The notes under the pieces were generated by a model. The model did no database searches. It was not told where the DNA came from and saw only the letters and a list, made by a program, of their open reading frames with translations. Position numbers and translations under genes: made by a program. From positions 1-57,417 of the forward strand of contig JAPOOC010000007.1 of NCBI GenBank assembly GCA_026713605.1: a DNA stretch of 57,417 nucleotides, in the 5' to 3' direction. The stretch comes from Candidatus Kaiserbacteria bacterium. GTDB taxonomy: Bacteria; Patescibacteriota; Minisyncoccia; Phycocordibacterales; JABAAK01. Positions 9,104-18,544 of this stretch are shown piece by piece. How positions within the stretch are numbered: the first letter of the stretch is position 1; each line of letters starts with the position of its first letter.

Positions 9104-10858
9104 ATGAGCGACAAGGATGATAGGGTAATGCGAAAACGACATTCGTTGGCGCACTTGTTAGGTGCGGCATTAGTTGCGCTATACCCTGACACAAAGCTGG
9201 CAATTGGTCCACCAATAGACGATGGGTTTTACTATGACGCAGAAGTGCCAATACCACTCTCTGCCGACGACCTGCCAACAATAGAAAAAAAGATGCGAGA
9301 AATAGTGAAAACATGGTCAACTTTTGAAAAAAAGGCTGTGTCAAAAGAAGATGCGCGCGCACATTTCAAAGACAATCCATACAAGCGAGAGTTGATTGAA
9401 GATATTGCAAAAGAGGGGGGTGAAATCACCCTCTACCAATCAGGAGATTTTATTGATTTATGCGGTGGCGGGCATGTTAACGATATGAAAGAGGTGTCGC
9501 TGGACGGATTCACCCTCAGTTCCATTGCCGGGGCATACTGGCGAGGTGATGAAAAAAACACAATGCTGACAAGGATTTATGGGTTAGCATTTGATTCCAA
9601 AAAAGAGTTGGACGAGTACAAAGCGATGTTAGAAGCTGCAAAAGAGCGGGATCACCGAAAAATCGGCAAAGAATTGGGACTATTCTCTTTCTCACCTCTC
9701 GTCGGATCGGGGCTCCCGTTATTTACCCCAAAGGGGATGGCACTCCGAAGTGCGCTGGAGAGCGTACTATCGCAACTATTAGATACATATGGGTATGAAA
9801 AGGTGTGGATACCACACATCGCAAAGCCAGATCTCTACAAAACATCAGGGCATTGGGAAAAGTTTGAAGACGAGCTGTTTAAAGTACGCGGCAAGACCGA
9901 AGAGTTTGTGATGAAGCCAATGAATTGTCCGCACCACACACAAATATACGCATCCACGCCGAAGAGTCACCATGACCTGCCAGTACGATATGCAGAGTTT
10001 ACAACCGTTTATCGCGACGAACAGAAAGGAGAGCTGCTCGGACTGTCTCGGGTACTGAGCATCACCCAAGACGATGGGCACATTTTCTGTACCGAAGATC
10101 AAATTGCAGAAGAGGTAACCCAAACCGTCGCCCTCATTATTGAATTCTACACCGCACTTGGCTTTTTCAAGGAAGATGATTGTGAAGTATTTCTATCGGT
10201 GCGAGGCGACGACAAGGCAAGGTATCTCGGTGCTGATAAGACCTGGGATCGGGCAGAAACAGTATTGGCAGAAGCGCTGCAGCAAGCAAAATTAAGTTTC
10301 ACGACTGAAAAAGGGGAGGCGGCGTTCTACGGACCAAAAATTGACTTCCACTTTCGTGACTCATTAGGGAGGAAGCGACAGTTAGCAACGGTGCAACTTG
10401 ACTTTGTGATGCCGGAACGGTTCAAATTGGTATACACCGACTCTGACGGTAAGAAGAAAACCCCAGTAATGATACACCGCGCCATCTCAGGGTCGCTGGA
10501 GCGGTTCTTAGGTATTATGATAGAACACTTCGCCGGAAAATTCCCATTCTTCCTCTGCCCGGTGCAGGTGGCGGTGCTGCCAATCGGTACTGAAGAACAT
10601 CCGTACGCGCAAGAAGTGGCACAGGAACTGCGCAATGCGGGACTGCGGACAACAATAGACAAACGAGACGAAAGTATTGGTAAAAAAATTGCGCGAGTAC
10701 ATACCGAAAAAATACCAGCGCGAGTGGTAATCGGCAAAAAAGAAGTTGCAGAAAAGACAGTAACCTTAGAGACAGAGGAAGGGAAACAGGTGCTGAGCAT
10801 TGAGGAGTGTATGCGGGTATTGCGCGAGAAAAACAAAATGTTTAAAACCAGGCACTAA
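9104..10858 (+). CDS. thrS: Threonine-tRNA ligase
   Basis: RHSLAHLL, GAYWRGD, KPMNCPHH, AAFYGPKID, IHRAISGSLERF. Lacks the N-terminal TGS domain. Confidence 0.98.
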   Translation: MSDKDDRVMRKRHSLAHLLGAALVALYPDTKLAIGPPIDDGFYYDAEVPIPLSADDLPTIEKKMREIVKTWSTFEKKAVSKEDARAHFKDNPYKRELIEDIAKEGGEITLYQSGDFIDLCGGGHVNDMKEVSLDGFTLSSIAGAYWRGDEKNTMLTRIYGLAFDSKKELDEYKAMLEAAKERDHRKIGKELGLFSFSPLVGSGLPLFTPKGMALRSALESVLSQLLDTYGYEKVWIPHIAKPDLYKTSGHWEKFEDELFKVRGKTEEFVMKPMNCPHHTQIYASTPKSHHDLPVRYAEFTTVYRDEQKGELLGLSRVLSITQDDGHIFCTEDQIAEEVTQTVALIIEFYTALGFFKEDDCEVFLSVRGDDKARYLGADKTWDRAETVLAEALQQAKLSFTTEKGEAAFYGPKIDFHFRDSLGRKRQLATVQLDFVMPERFKLVYTDSDGKKKTPVMIHRAISGSLERFLGIMIEHFAGKFPFFLCPVQVAVLPIGTEEHPYAQEVAQELRNAGLRTTIDKRDESIGKKIARVHTEKIPARVVIGKKEVAEKTVTLETEEGKQVLSIEECMRVLREKNKMFKTRH

Positions 10859-10951
10859 TCTGAAAAAAGATTTATTTTTTAAGGGACAAAAAATAAAATG
10901 AAAAAAGTAAAAATAACCTATAAAATAAAGGTATTTTTATAATTTTATTTT

Positions 10952-11179
10952 TTACACAAGAAAGATGTGCGGCATGGAGGTAACAATAAATGAGATAATG
11001 ACGAGGGCGATGAGAAGAAAGAGAGGAATTTTTTTAAGGTAGGGGAGGTAATTAAGGTCTTTGAAAAAAGATGACGGTAGCACCACCCGCAAAAAGGAAA
11101 GAGGGTCAAAACGCCTCACAAGCACACCCCCAAACGCATGCACCTGCCGCTTAATATATTTCATTACTTTCCTAACCAT
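10952..11179 (-). CDS. Small hypothetical protein with C-terminal TM helix
   Basis: ATG 11179 gives about 75 aa ending in IPLFLLIALVIISFIVTSM. Divergent from 11206. Confidence 0.4.
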   Translation of the reverse strand: MVRKVMKYIKRQVHAFGGVLVRRFDPLSFLRVVLPSSFFKDLNYLPYLKKIPLFLLIALVIISFIVTSMPHIFLV

Positions 11180-11205
11180 AGTACTATATAAGTATATACT
11201 ATCGT

Positions 11206-11550
11206 ATGCAGAGAAAAAAGAGAAAAAAATCATTTTTGCTTTGGGGGATAACCTTTTTACTATTTTTATTCGCACTACTGAGTGCAACACATCTCAAGAA
11301 ATCATTCTATGTATACAAGGCAGCACAGGAAAGACAAAAAAACGCATATGGCGAAAAGGCATATGTTGAAGCGCAGCTGGAAGATTTGCGGACACATACG
11401 CAGAAAAAACAGTATGACTCAGAGTACACCAGCACTGCAACAGAGGGGAATCTAAAAAAAATTGAGTTACGGGGGGTTTCTTTATCACCAGAAAAAAACA
11501 GACCTTTTTCAAAGAGTGAAGAACAGTTCAGTGTGATAGAGCAAGAGTAA
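11206..11550 (+). CDS. Small bitopic membrane protein with coiled coil (possibly FtsB/FtsL-like)
   Basis: Basic N-terminus, one TM helix, then a coiled-coil-like segment. Family call is by architecture only. Confidence 0.5.
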   Translation: MQRKKRKKSFLLWGITFLLFLFALLSATHLKKSFYVYKAAQERQKNAYGEKAYVEAQLEDLRTHTQKKQYDSEYTSTATEGNLKKIELRGVSLSPEKNRPFSKSEEQFSVIEQE

Positions 11551-11569
11551 GATTGGCACCAAAAGAAAC

Positions 11570-13729
11570 TTACTTCTCCAATTTGTGCGGGTTGTGCATT
11601 GGGCAGGTTTTAACGGAGCAGCGGTCAGGGATGGTCTTTGTGCCTTCCATCATCAACGCGCCACATTCAGAGCAGATAGCGCCGGTTGGTTTTGCACGCA
11701 TCGTGTTTTTGCACTTCGGATACTCAGAGCAACCCCAGAACGGTCCGAAACGACCTTGCCGCTCTATAATCGTACCTTGCTTGCACTCAGGACACTGCAC
11801 GCCAGTGTCTCGCCGCTTCTTTTCCTCAGGGTCTTCCTCAACATACTTACATTTTGGGTAAGTTTGACAGCTAATAAAATCACCAAACCGTCCGGTGCGG
11901 GTTACCAGCGGCTCGTCGCACTCAGGGCACGGCTTACCAATCGGTTTCGGCGGCTTTATCTCCTCCCCTTCTTTGGTACGCCCTCCTTGACACTCAGGAA
12001 ACTTGGTGCAACTCATAAAAGTGCCGGTTTTTGATAATTTAAATTCCATTGGTGCGCCACACTGCGGACAGGGAAATTCCTTTGGTGCCGGCCCGAGCGA
12101 AGTCAACTTCGGCACATCTTTCTTCGCCAGCACTGCTTTTTGGAACGGGAAATAGAAGTCAGTAAGCGTCTTCTCATACTCTTTCCCGCCGGATGCGATA
12201 TCATCAAGTGTTTGCTCCATATCAGAGGTGAATGAATCGCTGATATAGGTATCAAAGTTCTGTTCCACAAAGCTGCTGACCACATCACCAAGATCAGTCG
12301 GCACAAGCGCGCGCTGCTCTTTCTCAACATACTGCCGATCTATCAGGGTCTTAATAGTAGAAGCGTAGGTAGACGGCCTGCCAATACCACGCGCTTCCAA
12401 CTCTTTCACCAAGCCAGCTTCCGAGTAGCGCGGAGGAGGAGAGGTTTGCTTTTCTGTCGACTGGATGTCAGTGCAGATAACCTGCTCACCTTTCTGAAAG
12501 ATAGGTAGCACCACTTCTTGCCCGGCGGCATGCGGATCTGCCTTAAACCACCCCATTTCCTTAATAGTCACACCACGAATAAGAAAGAGTGGCATATCGT
12601 CCGCCTGAAATGACACGACAGTGCGAATCAGCTCAGCAGGAATCATTTGGCTGGTAATAGTTCTCCGAAAGATAAGTTCATAGAGTGCCTTCTGCTCTTT
12701 TGTGATACCGCAGAATGGGTTGCTGGGATCAGTCGGTCGAATCGCCTCATGTGCTTCTTGTGCCGCCTTACTCCTCGTCTTGTAGTATGTCTGTTTGTAA
12801 TACTGAGTACCATACTCACCAACAATGCGTTTCTTAATTGCAGCGTGAGCGGTCTTAGAAAGATTCACCGAGTCAGTACGCATATAGGTGATTTGCCCTG
12901 CCTCATACAATTTTTGCGCAACGCGCATTGTGTTAGAGGGAGACCAGCCGTACACCGTATTTGCTGCCTGTTGTAGGGTGGAGGTGGTGAACGGCGGGCG
13001 AGGGTTCCGCTTTTGTGACTTTTCCTGTATGTCAGGTATTGCCCAACGAGCTTTTTTTGCCTGCGCAAGAATTGCATCAACCTCTTTTTTGTCCTCAAAA
13101 GTTTTTTCACACTCGGCAATGTGTTCAGTGCCGTCATCCCGCTTGAAAACACTCTGCATCTCCCAGTAAGTAACCGGTTTAAATTTTCTGATTTCCCGCT
13201 CCCGCTCCATCAGGATACGCAGGGCTGGCGACTGCACCCGACCTGCAGAAAGACCGTACCGCACCTTTGTCCAAATAAGTTTGCTAAGAGTGTAGCCAAA
13301 TAGACGATCCAGCACTCGCCGCGCTTCCTGCGATTTCCGTAACGACTGATCTATTTTACGCGGGCGCTGCAACGCCTCTTCCACTGCCTCTTTGGTAATC
13401 TCATGAAAAACAATGCGATCCGGATCTTTCAGTTTTGCCGCCTGCTGGATATGCCACGCAATCGCCTCCCCTTCGCGGTCAGGGTCGGTGGCAAGGATGA
13501 TATGGTCAGCAGCATCTGCCTGTTTCACAATGTCGTTTACCACCTTCTTCTTATCCGCATTGACAACATATTTCGGTGTAAAACCACCCGCAACATCCAC
13601 TGCATCTTTCTCACTTTTCGGCAAGTCACGAATATGACCAACCGATGCAATAACCGTATAGTCCTTCCCAAGATACTTTTTGATGGTCTTCACCTTCGTT
13701 GGCGACTCCACAATCACAAGATGCTTCAT
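11570..13729 (-). CDS. topA: DNA topoisomerase I
   Basis: LVIVESP, ATDPDREGEAI, SAGRVQSPA, ITYMRTDS, AQEAHEAIRPT, C-terminal Zn ribbons. Start set at MKHL. Confidence 0.98.
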   Translation of the reverse strand: MKHLVIVESPTKVKTIKKYLGKDYTVIASVGHIRDLPKSEKDAVDVAGGFTPKYVVNADKKKVVNDIVKQADAADHIILATDPDREGEAIAWHIQQAAKLKDPDRIVFHEITKEAVEEALQRPRKIDQSLRKSQEARRVLDRLFGYTLSKLIWTKVRYGLSAGRVQSPALRILMEREREIRKFKPVTYWEMQSVFKRDDGTEHIAECEKTFEDKKEVDAILAQAKKARWAIPDIQEKSQKRNPRPPFTTSTLQQAANTVYGWSPSNTMRVAQKLYEAGQITYMRTDSVNLSKTAHAAIKKRIVGEYGTQYYKQTYYKTRSKAAQEAHEAIRPTDPSNPFCGITKEQKALYELIFRRTITSQMIPAELIRTVVSFQADDMPLFLIRGVTIKEMGWFKADPHAAGQEVVLPIFQKGEQVICTDIQSTEKQTSPPPRYSEAGLVKELEARGIGRPSTYASTIKTLIDRQYVEKEQRALVPTDLGDVVSSFVEQNFDTYISDSFTSDMEQTLDDIASGGKEYEKTLTDFYFPFQKAVLAKKDVPKLTSLGPAPKEFPCPQCGAPMEFKLSKTGTFMSCTKFPECQGGRTKEGEEIKPPKPIGKPCPECDEPLVTRTGRFGDFISCQTYPKCKYVEEDPEEKKRRDTGVQCPECKQGTIIERQGRFGPFWGCSEYPKCKNTMRAKPTGAICSECGALMMEGTKTIPDRCSVKTCPMHNPHKLEK

Positions 13730-13904
13730 AGGTATATACAGCCATAATACACCATATACAACAGGTGTGAGGCAGAAGATAATCAGCGCGAAGATAATAC
13801 TCATCACAATTGCAAAGACGAATGTCACTACGCAGTTGCACAGCAACCACAAAGAAAAGTGGTATCTAAGAAGGAATCACGGCAAAAATGGTATAGTACA
13901 TACT

Positions 13905-15482
13905 ATGTTACTATCAGTACGAGAAATTGAAAAACAATTTGGCGGGGAGCAAGTTTTTAGCAACATATCATGTACCCTTGATGAGGGACACAAGGTTGCG
14001 CTGGTCGGACGAAACGGAGCGGGAAAGAGTACGCTGATAAAAATTATCGCCGGACTTGAAGAAACAGACGGTGGGGTAGTAAAAGTAACAAGTGGTCGGA
14101 CAGTGTCATACTTACCACAGGAGATTGCGATAGGGGATGGCAGAACTGGCGTGGCGTATATACAGGATGGGACTGACCTACAGCCACATCAATTCTTTCC
14201 GGTGTTGGAAGGTTTGGGGGTATCGCAACAGGTAGCCGCACAGAAATTGTCCGAGATGAGCGGGGGGCAACAGACAAAGGTATTACTCACCAGATTTTTA
14301 TTGGAGCCGTCTGACATACTATTGCTGGATGAGCCAACAAACAATTTAGACATACCGGCACTACTATGGTTGGAAGCATTTCTTGCAGCGTCTAAAAAAG
14401 CAATGATTATAATTTCACATGACCTGCTGTTTTTGAATAATGTTACCAACAGGGTGTTTGAATTAAAAAACGGCGCGCTCACCATAGAACGCGGCTCATA
14501 TGGCGACTACTTGGAGCGTAAGAAGAAGGAGTTTGATAGGCAGATGAAAGCATACACGCGACACCAGGAAGAGGTGAAACGGCTTGAAGCATCAAGCAGG
14601 GCGGCAGCAAAGCAGGTCGAAAAAGGAGATGCGCTTGAGTTGTCCGATAGCGATAAGTATGTTGCGCGGGCAGGGATGGATAAAGCATCAGCAAGTCAGC
14701 GACGAGCAAAAGTAATAAGGCGTCGGATTCAAAGAATAGAAGAGGTTGAAAAACCATTTGAAGAAGAGCCGTTTACTCTTGAACTAGAGGCGCGACAGGC
14801 AGAAGGGGATATTGAGGTGGGACTGGATGAAGTTGTTGCTGGTTACAAAGACGGCATCTCCATAGGACCAACCACACTCACCGTAAAGATGGGGGAACGG
14901 CTGTGTCTAATGGGGATGAATGGTGAGGGGAAAAGCACGGTCTTGAAGACAATAGCCGGTATAGTACCACCGCTGCGTGGGACGGTTACCAAAACAGAGG
15001 GCATAGTGCTGGGTGATTTGATGCAACAGCACGAACGGGCAGGTAGAGATACAAAAGCAGTAGATTTTTTCAGAGAGCAGACAAGCCGTAGCGAAGAAGA
15101 GGCAATATATATGTTAAAAAAAGCAGGGTTTGCAGAACAGACAATGCAGCAAAAAGTCGGTGGGCTGTCATCCGGCATGCGCGCGCGACTCCTCTTTGCT
15201 GTATTCATTGCGCTTGGGGTCAATGTGCTCCTCTTAGACGAACCAACCAACCACTTGGATATGGAAGCCATAACCGCCCTGAAGCAAATGCTCAAAAAAT
15301 ACACCGGTATCGTCCTCCTCATCTCCCACAACCGCTGGTTCCTTGAAGGGGTAGAAATCGGCACCTGTTATGAGGTCGCAAACGGCACGGTACAAAAAAT
15401 AAAAGATATTGAGCAATACATAAAAGCAGCACAGAAACGAGCGGAAGGGATGATAGGGCGACTAAAGAGAGTACTTCGGTAG
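13905..15482 (+). CDS. ABC-F family ribosome-associated ATPase
   Basis: Two ABC cassettes (GRNGAGKST/MSGGQ/LLDEPTN and GMNGEGKST/LSSGM/LLDEPTN) with a helical linker and no TM segments. Confidence 0.93.
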   Translation: MLLSVREIEKQFGGEQVFSNISCTLDEGHKVALVGRNGAGKSTLIKIIAGLEETDGGVVKVTSGRTVSYLPQEIAIGDGRTGVAYIQDGTDLQPHQFFPVLEGLGVSQQVAAQKLSEMSGGQQTKVLLTRFLLEPSDILLLDEPTNNLDIPALLWLEAFLAASKKAMIIISHDLLFLNNVTNRVFELKNGALTIERGSYGDYLERKKKEFDRQMKAYTRHQEEVKRLEASSRAAAKQVEKGDALELSDSDKYVARAGMDKASASQRRAKVIRRRIQRIEEVEKPFEEEPFTLELEARQAEGDIEVGLDEVVAGYKDGISIGPTTLTVKMGERLCLMGMNGEGKSTVLKTIAGIVPPLRGTVTKTEGIVLGDLMQQHERAGRDTKAVDFFREQTSRSEEEAIYMLKKAGFAEQTMQQKVGGLSSGMRARLLFAVFIALGVNVLLLDEPTNHLDMEAITALKQMLKKYTGIVLLISHNRWFLEGVEIGTCYEVANGTVQKIKDIEQYIKAAQKRAEGMIGRLKRVLR

Positions 15483-15520
15483 TACCATATAGCTGTTCTT
15501 ATGAGGTATAGTAGCAATAT

Positions 15521-15931
15521 ATGGAAGAGGACAATAAAAAAGAGTTGCGAGAGCGGTTATCGGAAGAAGCATATCAAGTAACACAGGAAGGAGCGACGGA
15601 ACCGCCGTTTACCGGGGAATATTACAAGACGAAGGATGACGGCATGTATCACTGTGCGGTATGTGGCACGGAGCTGTTTGACGCAGGCACAAAATTTGAC
15701 TCAGGAACCGGGTGGCCCAGTTTTTACGACACCACCGGCACAGACACACTGCGGCTATCGCCGGACGAATCACAGGAAATGGTGCGAACCGAAGTATCCT
15801 GCAGAAAATGTGGCGCACACTTGGGACATGTATTCGAAGATGCACCGAACACACCAACCGGGCAGCGATACTGCATCAACTCCTGCGCGCTGTCACTGAA
15901 CAAAAAAGAAAAAGATGCAACGAACGAATAA
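15521..15931 (+). CDS. msrB: Peptide-methionine (R)-S-oxide reductase
   Basis: GATEPPFTG, KFDSGTGWPSF, HLGHVF, RYCINS. Confidence 0.97.
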   Translation: MEEDNKKELRERLSEEAYQVTQEGATEPPFTGEYYKTKDDGMYHCAVCGTELFDAGTKFDSGTGWPSFYDTTGTDTLRLSPDESQEMVRTEVSCRKCGAHLGHVFEDAPNTPTGQRYCINSCALSLNKKEKDATNE

Positions 15932-16394
15932 AATAATTTTTAGCATCCTTGTCGGTGCTATTATAGTAAGTATAGGAGTAGGCGGTATGCAACAACACAG
16001 GAAAAATAATATAGGACTAGCGAACAGCGGGCTTGAAGAAAAGGCACTTGCTGTTGGTAACACAATACTACAAGTTGAGGTGGCACAAACAGTAGAACAG
16101 CGAATGACGGGACTCTCACACCGATCGGCACTTGCAGAAGGGCGAGGCATGTTTTTTATATTTGACACCGACGACACGCACGGCATTTGGATGAAAGATA
16201 TGCAATTTGCAATAGACATTATCTGGATTGACGCAACGATGAAAATAGTACACATTGAGCAAGCGGTAACACCAGACACCTACCCACAATCATTCACACC
16301 ACCAGTGCCAGCACGATATGTGCTTGAGGTGCCGGCAGGGTATATGTACGGGAAAAGTGCGGTTGGAGAGAGTGTCACATTGCAAAACCCTTAA
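15915..16394 (+). CDS. DUF192-family protein with N-terminal anchor
   Basis: VEVAQT..QR..GL, GMFFIF, WMKDMQFAIDIIWID, YVLEVPAG. Confidence 0.88.
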   Translation: MQRTNKIIFSILVGAIIVSIGVGGMQQHRKNNIGLANSGLEEKALAVGNTILQVEVAQTVEQRMTGLSHRSALAEGRGMFFIFDTDDTHGIWMKDMQFAIDIIWIDATMKIVHIEQAVTPDTYPQSFTPPVPARYVLEVPAGYMYGKSAVGESVTLQNP

Positions 16395-16486
16395 GGGCAA
16401 AGCCCCTACAATGTGTCCGCACACTGCGGGAAAGAACTCGTTGCAAACACTTTACACAAGAGACCAAAAAAGATATACTGCAAATA

Positions 16487-16825
16487 CCCAAATAGACAAT
16501 CGCTCCATCGTGCCACTGGTACAGTGTGAGAGGAAAGTCCGGACACTCCCGTCTTTTTTAAGGCGGAGCAGGGTAGCGGGTAACACCCGTCAGGTGAAAA
16601 CCGAGGGATGCGAGCAGTGACGCCTGAGCTGAGAAGCAACGGCACCTCTCTGAGGTGAATGCTATGGCAACATAGTGGTGAAACGGCTAAATTCCTACCT
16701 GGGTGCAAGGTCGTGCCGAGGCAGCAATGCCACGGAGTGCCGCACAGAACACACCGGTAACGGTATGTCAAGATAAATGATTGTCACCCGCATAAGCGGG
16801 TACAGAATCCGGCTTATCGTTTGGG
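16487..16825 (+). ncRNA. rnpB: RNase P RNA
   Basis: GAGGAAAGTCCGG (CR-I), GTGAAACGG, ACAGAATCCGGCTTAT (CR-V); P1 CCCAAA...TTTGGG; TATACT at 16474-16479. Confidence 0.95.
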
Positions 16826-16866
16826 TCAATGAAAGCAGGCGCCGAATAGGCGCCCGCTTTCATTGA
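16826..16866 (+). terminator. Hairpin following rnpB
   Basis: TCAATGAAAGC-AGGCGCC...GGCGCC-CGCTTTCATTGA inverted repeat. Confidence 0.7.
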
Positions 16867-16900
16867 CCATGCAGGGTGGTATACTACTACCCGTTTATCT

Positions 16901-18544
16901 ATGCGGAAGTTGTTAAATAAATCGCACACAAATGTACACACAATTGCCTCTATATTGGGCGGAGTGAGCGTATTCGGGTATATTCTATCGTTTTTACGGG
17001 ACAGAGCATTTGCACACTATTTTGGGGCAAGTGAACTGTTTGATGTGTATGTGGCAAGTTTTCGAATACCAGATGTGCTATTTATTGTGGCAACAGCATT
17101 TATTTCGGTGTATGCGTTATTGCCAATGTTTGAGGAGAAAATGCGACAGGGGGATAATCGGTTAAAAGAGTTTGTGAACACCTCATTTTATTTTTTAGTA
17201 CTTTTTTTGGTGCTGGGAAGCACCATACTTTTTTTCGCCATTCCGTCGTTAGGAGAGTGGTTGTTTGATGATTTTTCATCAGAGGGCTTGGAAACCTTTG
17301 TGTTGTTCAGCAGAATATACCTCATACAGGCATCATTGTTTGCGATATCAAGTTTTTTCACAGCAATATTACAGCTAAAACGAAAGTTTTTTCTGTACTC
17401 ATTACTTGCATTACTGTATAACATTGGTATCATCATCGGAGTTGTTGTGCTGTACCCAATGTTCGGACCAATCGGACTGGCACTCGGAGTGTTGCTTGGT
17501 GTAATAATTAATGTTGGTATACAGGTGCCAGTGCTACTACAAAACAATATCCTGCCACAACTGGCACCAACCAGACATACCGTACGGGAGTGCTGGCGAA
17601 CAATAAAAATATCAATACCACGGGCATCGGCACTCCTGTCACACACCATCACACAAATACTTGTATTCAGTGTAGTGGTAGGGATTTCTGAAGGTGCACT
17701 CAGCATCTACTATTTCGCTGAAAGCTTAAAAGCAGTGCCAACAGTACTCATCGGAACAGCATACTCGGTAGCAGCGTTTCCGATACTGGTTACTCACTTT
17801 ACCGAGGGCAATATGGAAGCGTTTCGTTCAGTCATTGAAAGCGCGCTTCGGCGACTGTTCTTTTTCATATTACCAATCATTGCATTTGTATTTATTTTGC
17901 GAGAACCGTTGATTAGTTTGATATTTGAGACAGGGTCTTTCACTGCAGAGATAACAGCAATAACCGCGGCCATAGTCGGAGTATTTATTGTCGGTGCGCT
18001 TACGATGAGTATTTTAATTATTTGCGCCCGTGCACTGTACGCCTGTGGCCGCTCACTCGCAGTGTTTCTTATTTTCTTAACACTTTCCGCAGTGGAAATA
18101 GTACTGATATACACCATCATACCATTCATACAAAACAACTCCGAAGCAACGGCGATGATTCAACAGGTAACTGGATTGGAATCAGCGGCATACGGCACCC
18201 TGTTTGTTGCAACCTTGATCATCGTCATACCCGAGATATTCGCGGCAACGACAATATTGATTGTGTTATTGCGCCATATACGGCAAGACATCAAGCCATT
18301 ACTTCAGGCATTTGCACAGAACCTCATTGCGGTTATGGTGTTGGCGATAGCAACAGCAGTGCCGAACATCTTCCTGTTTGGTAATATGCAGTTCAACTCC
18401 ATCAACGGCATTTTCGCAATCGGTGGCATGAGTATTATCGGCATGTCCGCGTGGTTTGTAACATTACGGTTACTGAAAAACCCAGAAAGTAAAATAGTAC
18501 AGAAAAAAGCAGTGTCAGTCATCAATCGCATATGGAGAACATAA
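16901..18544 (+). CDS. murJ: Lipid II flippase MurJ
   Basis: LSFLRDRAFAHYFGAS, FRIPD, RALYA; about 14 TM helices. Confidence 0.9.
   Translation: MRKLLNKSHTNVHTIASILGGVSVFGYILSFLRDRAFAHYFGASELFDVYVASFRIPDVLFIVATAFISVYALLPMFEEKMRQGDNRLKEFVNTSFYFLVLFLVLGSTILFFAIPSLGEWLFDDFSSEGLETFVLFSRIYLIQASLFAISSFFTAILQLKRKFFLYSLLALLYNIGIIIGVVVLYPMFGPIGLALGVLLGVIINVGIQVPVLLQNNILPQLAPTRHTVRECWRTIKISIPRASALLSHTITQILVFSVVVGISEGALSIYYFAESLKAVPTVLIGTAYSVAAFPILVTHFTEGNMEAFRSVIESALRRLFFFILPIIAFVFILREPLISLIFETGSFTAEITAITAAIVGVFIVGALTMSILIICARALYACGRSLAVFLIFLTLSAVEIVLIYTIIPFIQNNSEATAMIQQVTGLESAAYGTLFVATLIIVIPEIFAATTILIVLLRHIRQDIKPLLQAFAQNLIAVMVLAIATAVPNIFLFGNMQFNSINGIFAIGGMSIIGMSAWFVTLRLLKNPESKIVQKKAVSVINRIWRT

Noticed and set aside
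10859-10951. Very AT-rich stretch after thrS as a possible replication origin
   Set aside because: No clear DnaA boxes. It is more simply a terminator region between convergent genes.
13730-13852. In-frame hydrophobic 41-aa extension upstream of topA (apparent membrane anchor)
   Set aside because: It needs a TTG start with no promoter or SD support. T-rich sequence gives hydrophobic codons by chance, and MKHLVIVESP is the canonical TopA start.
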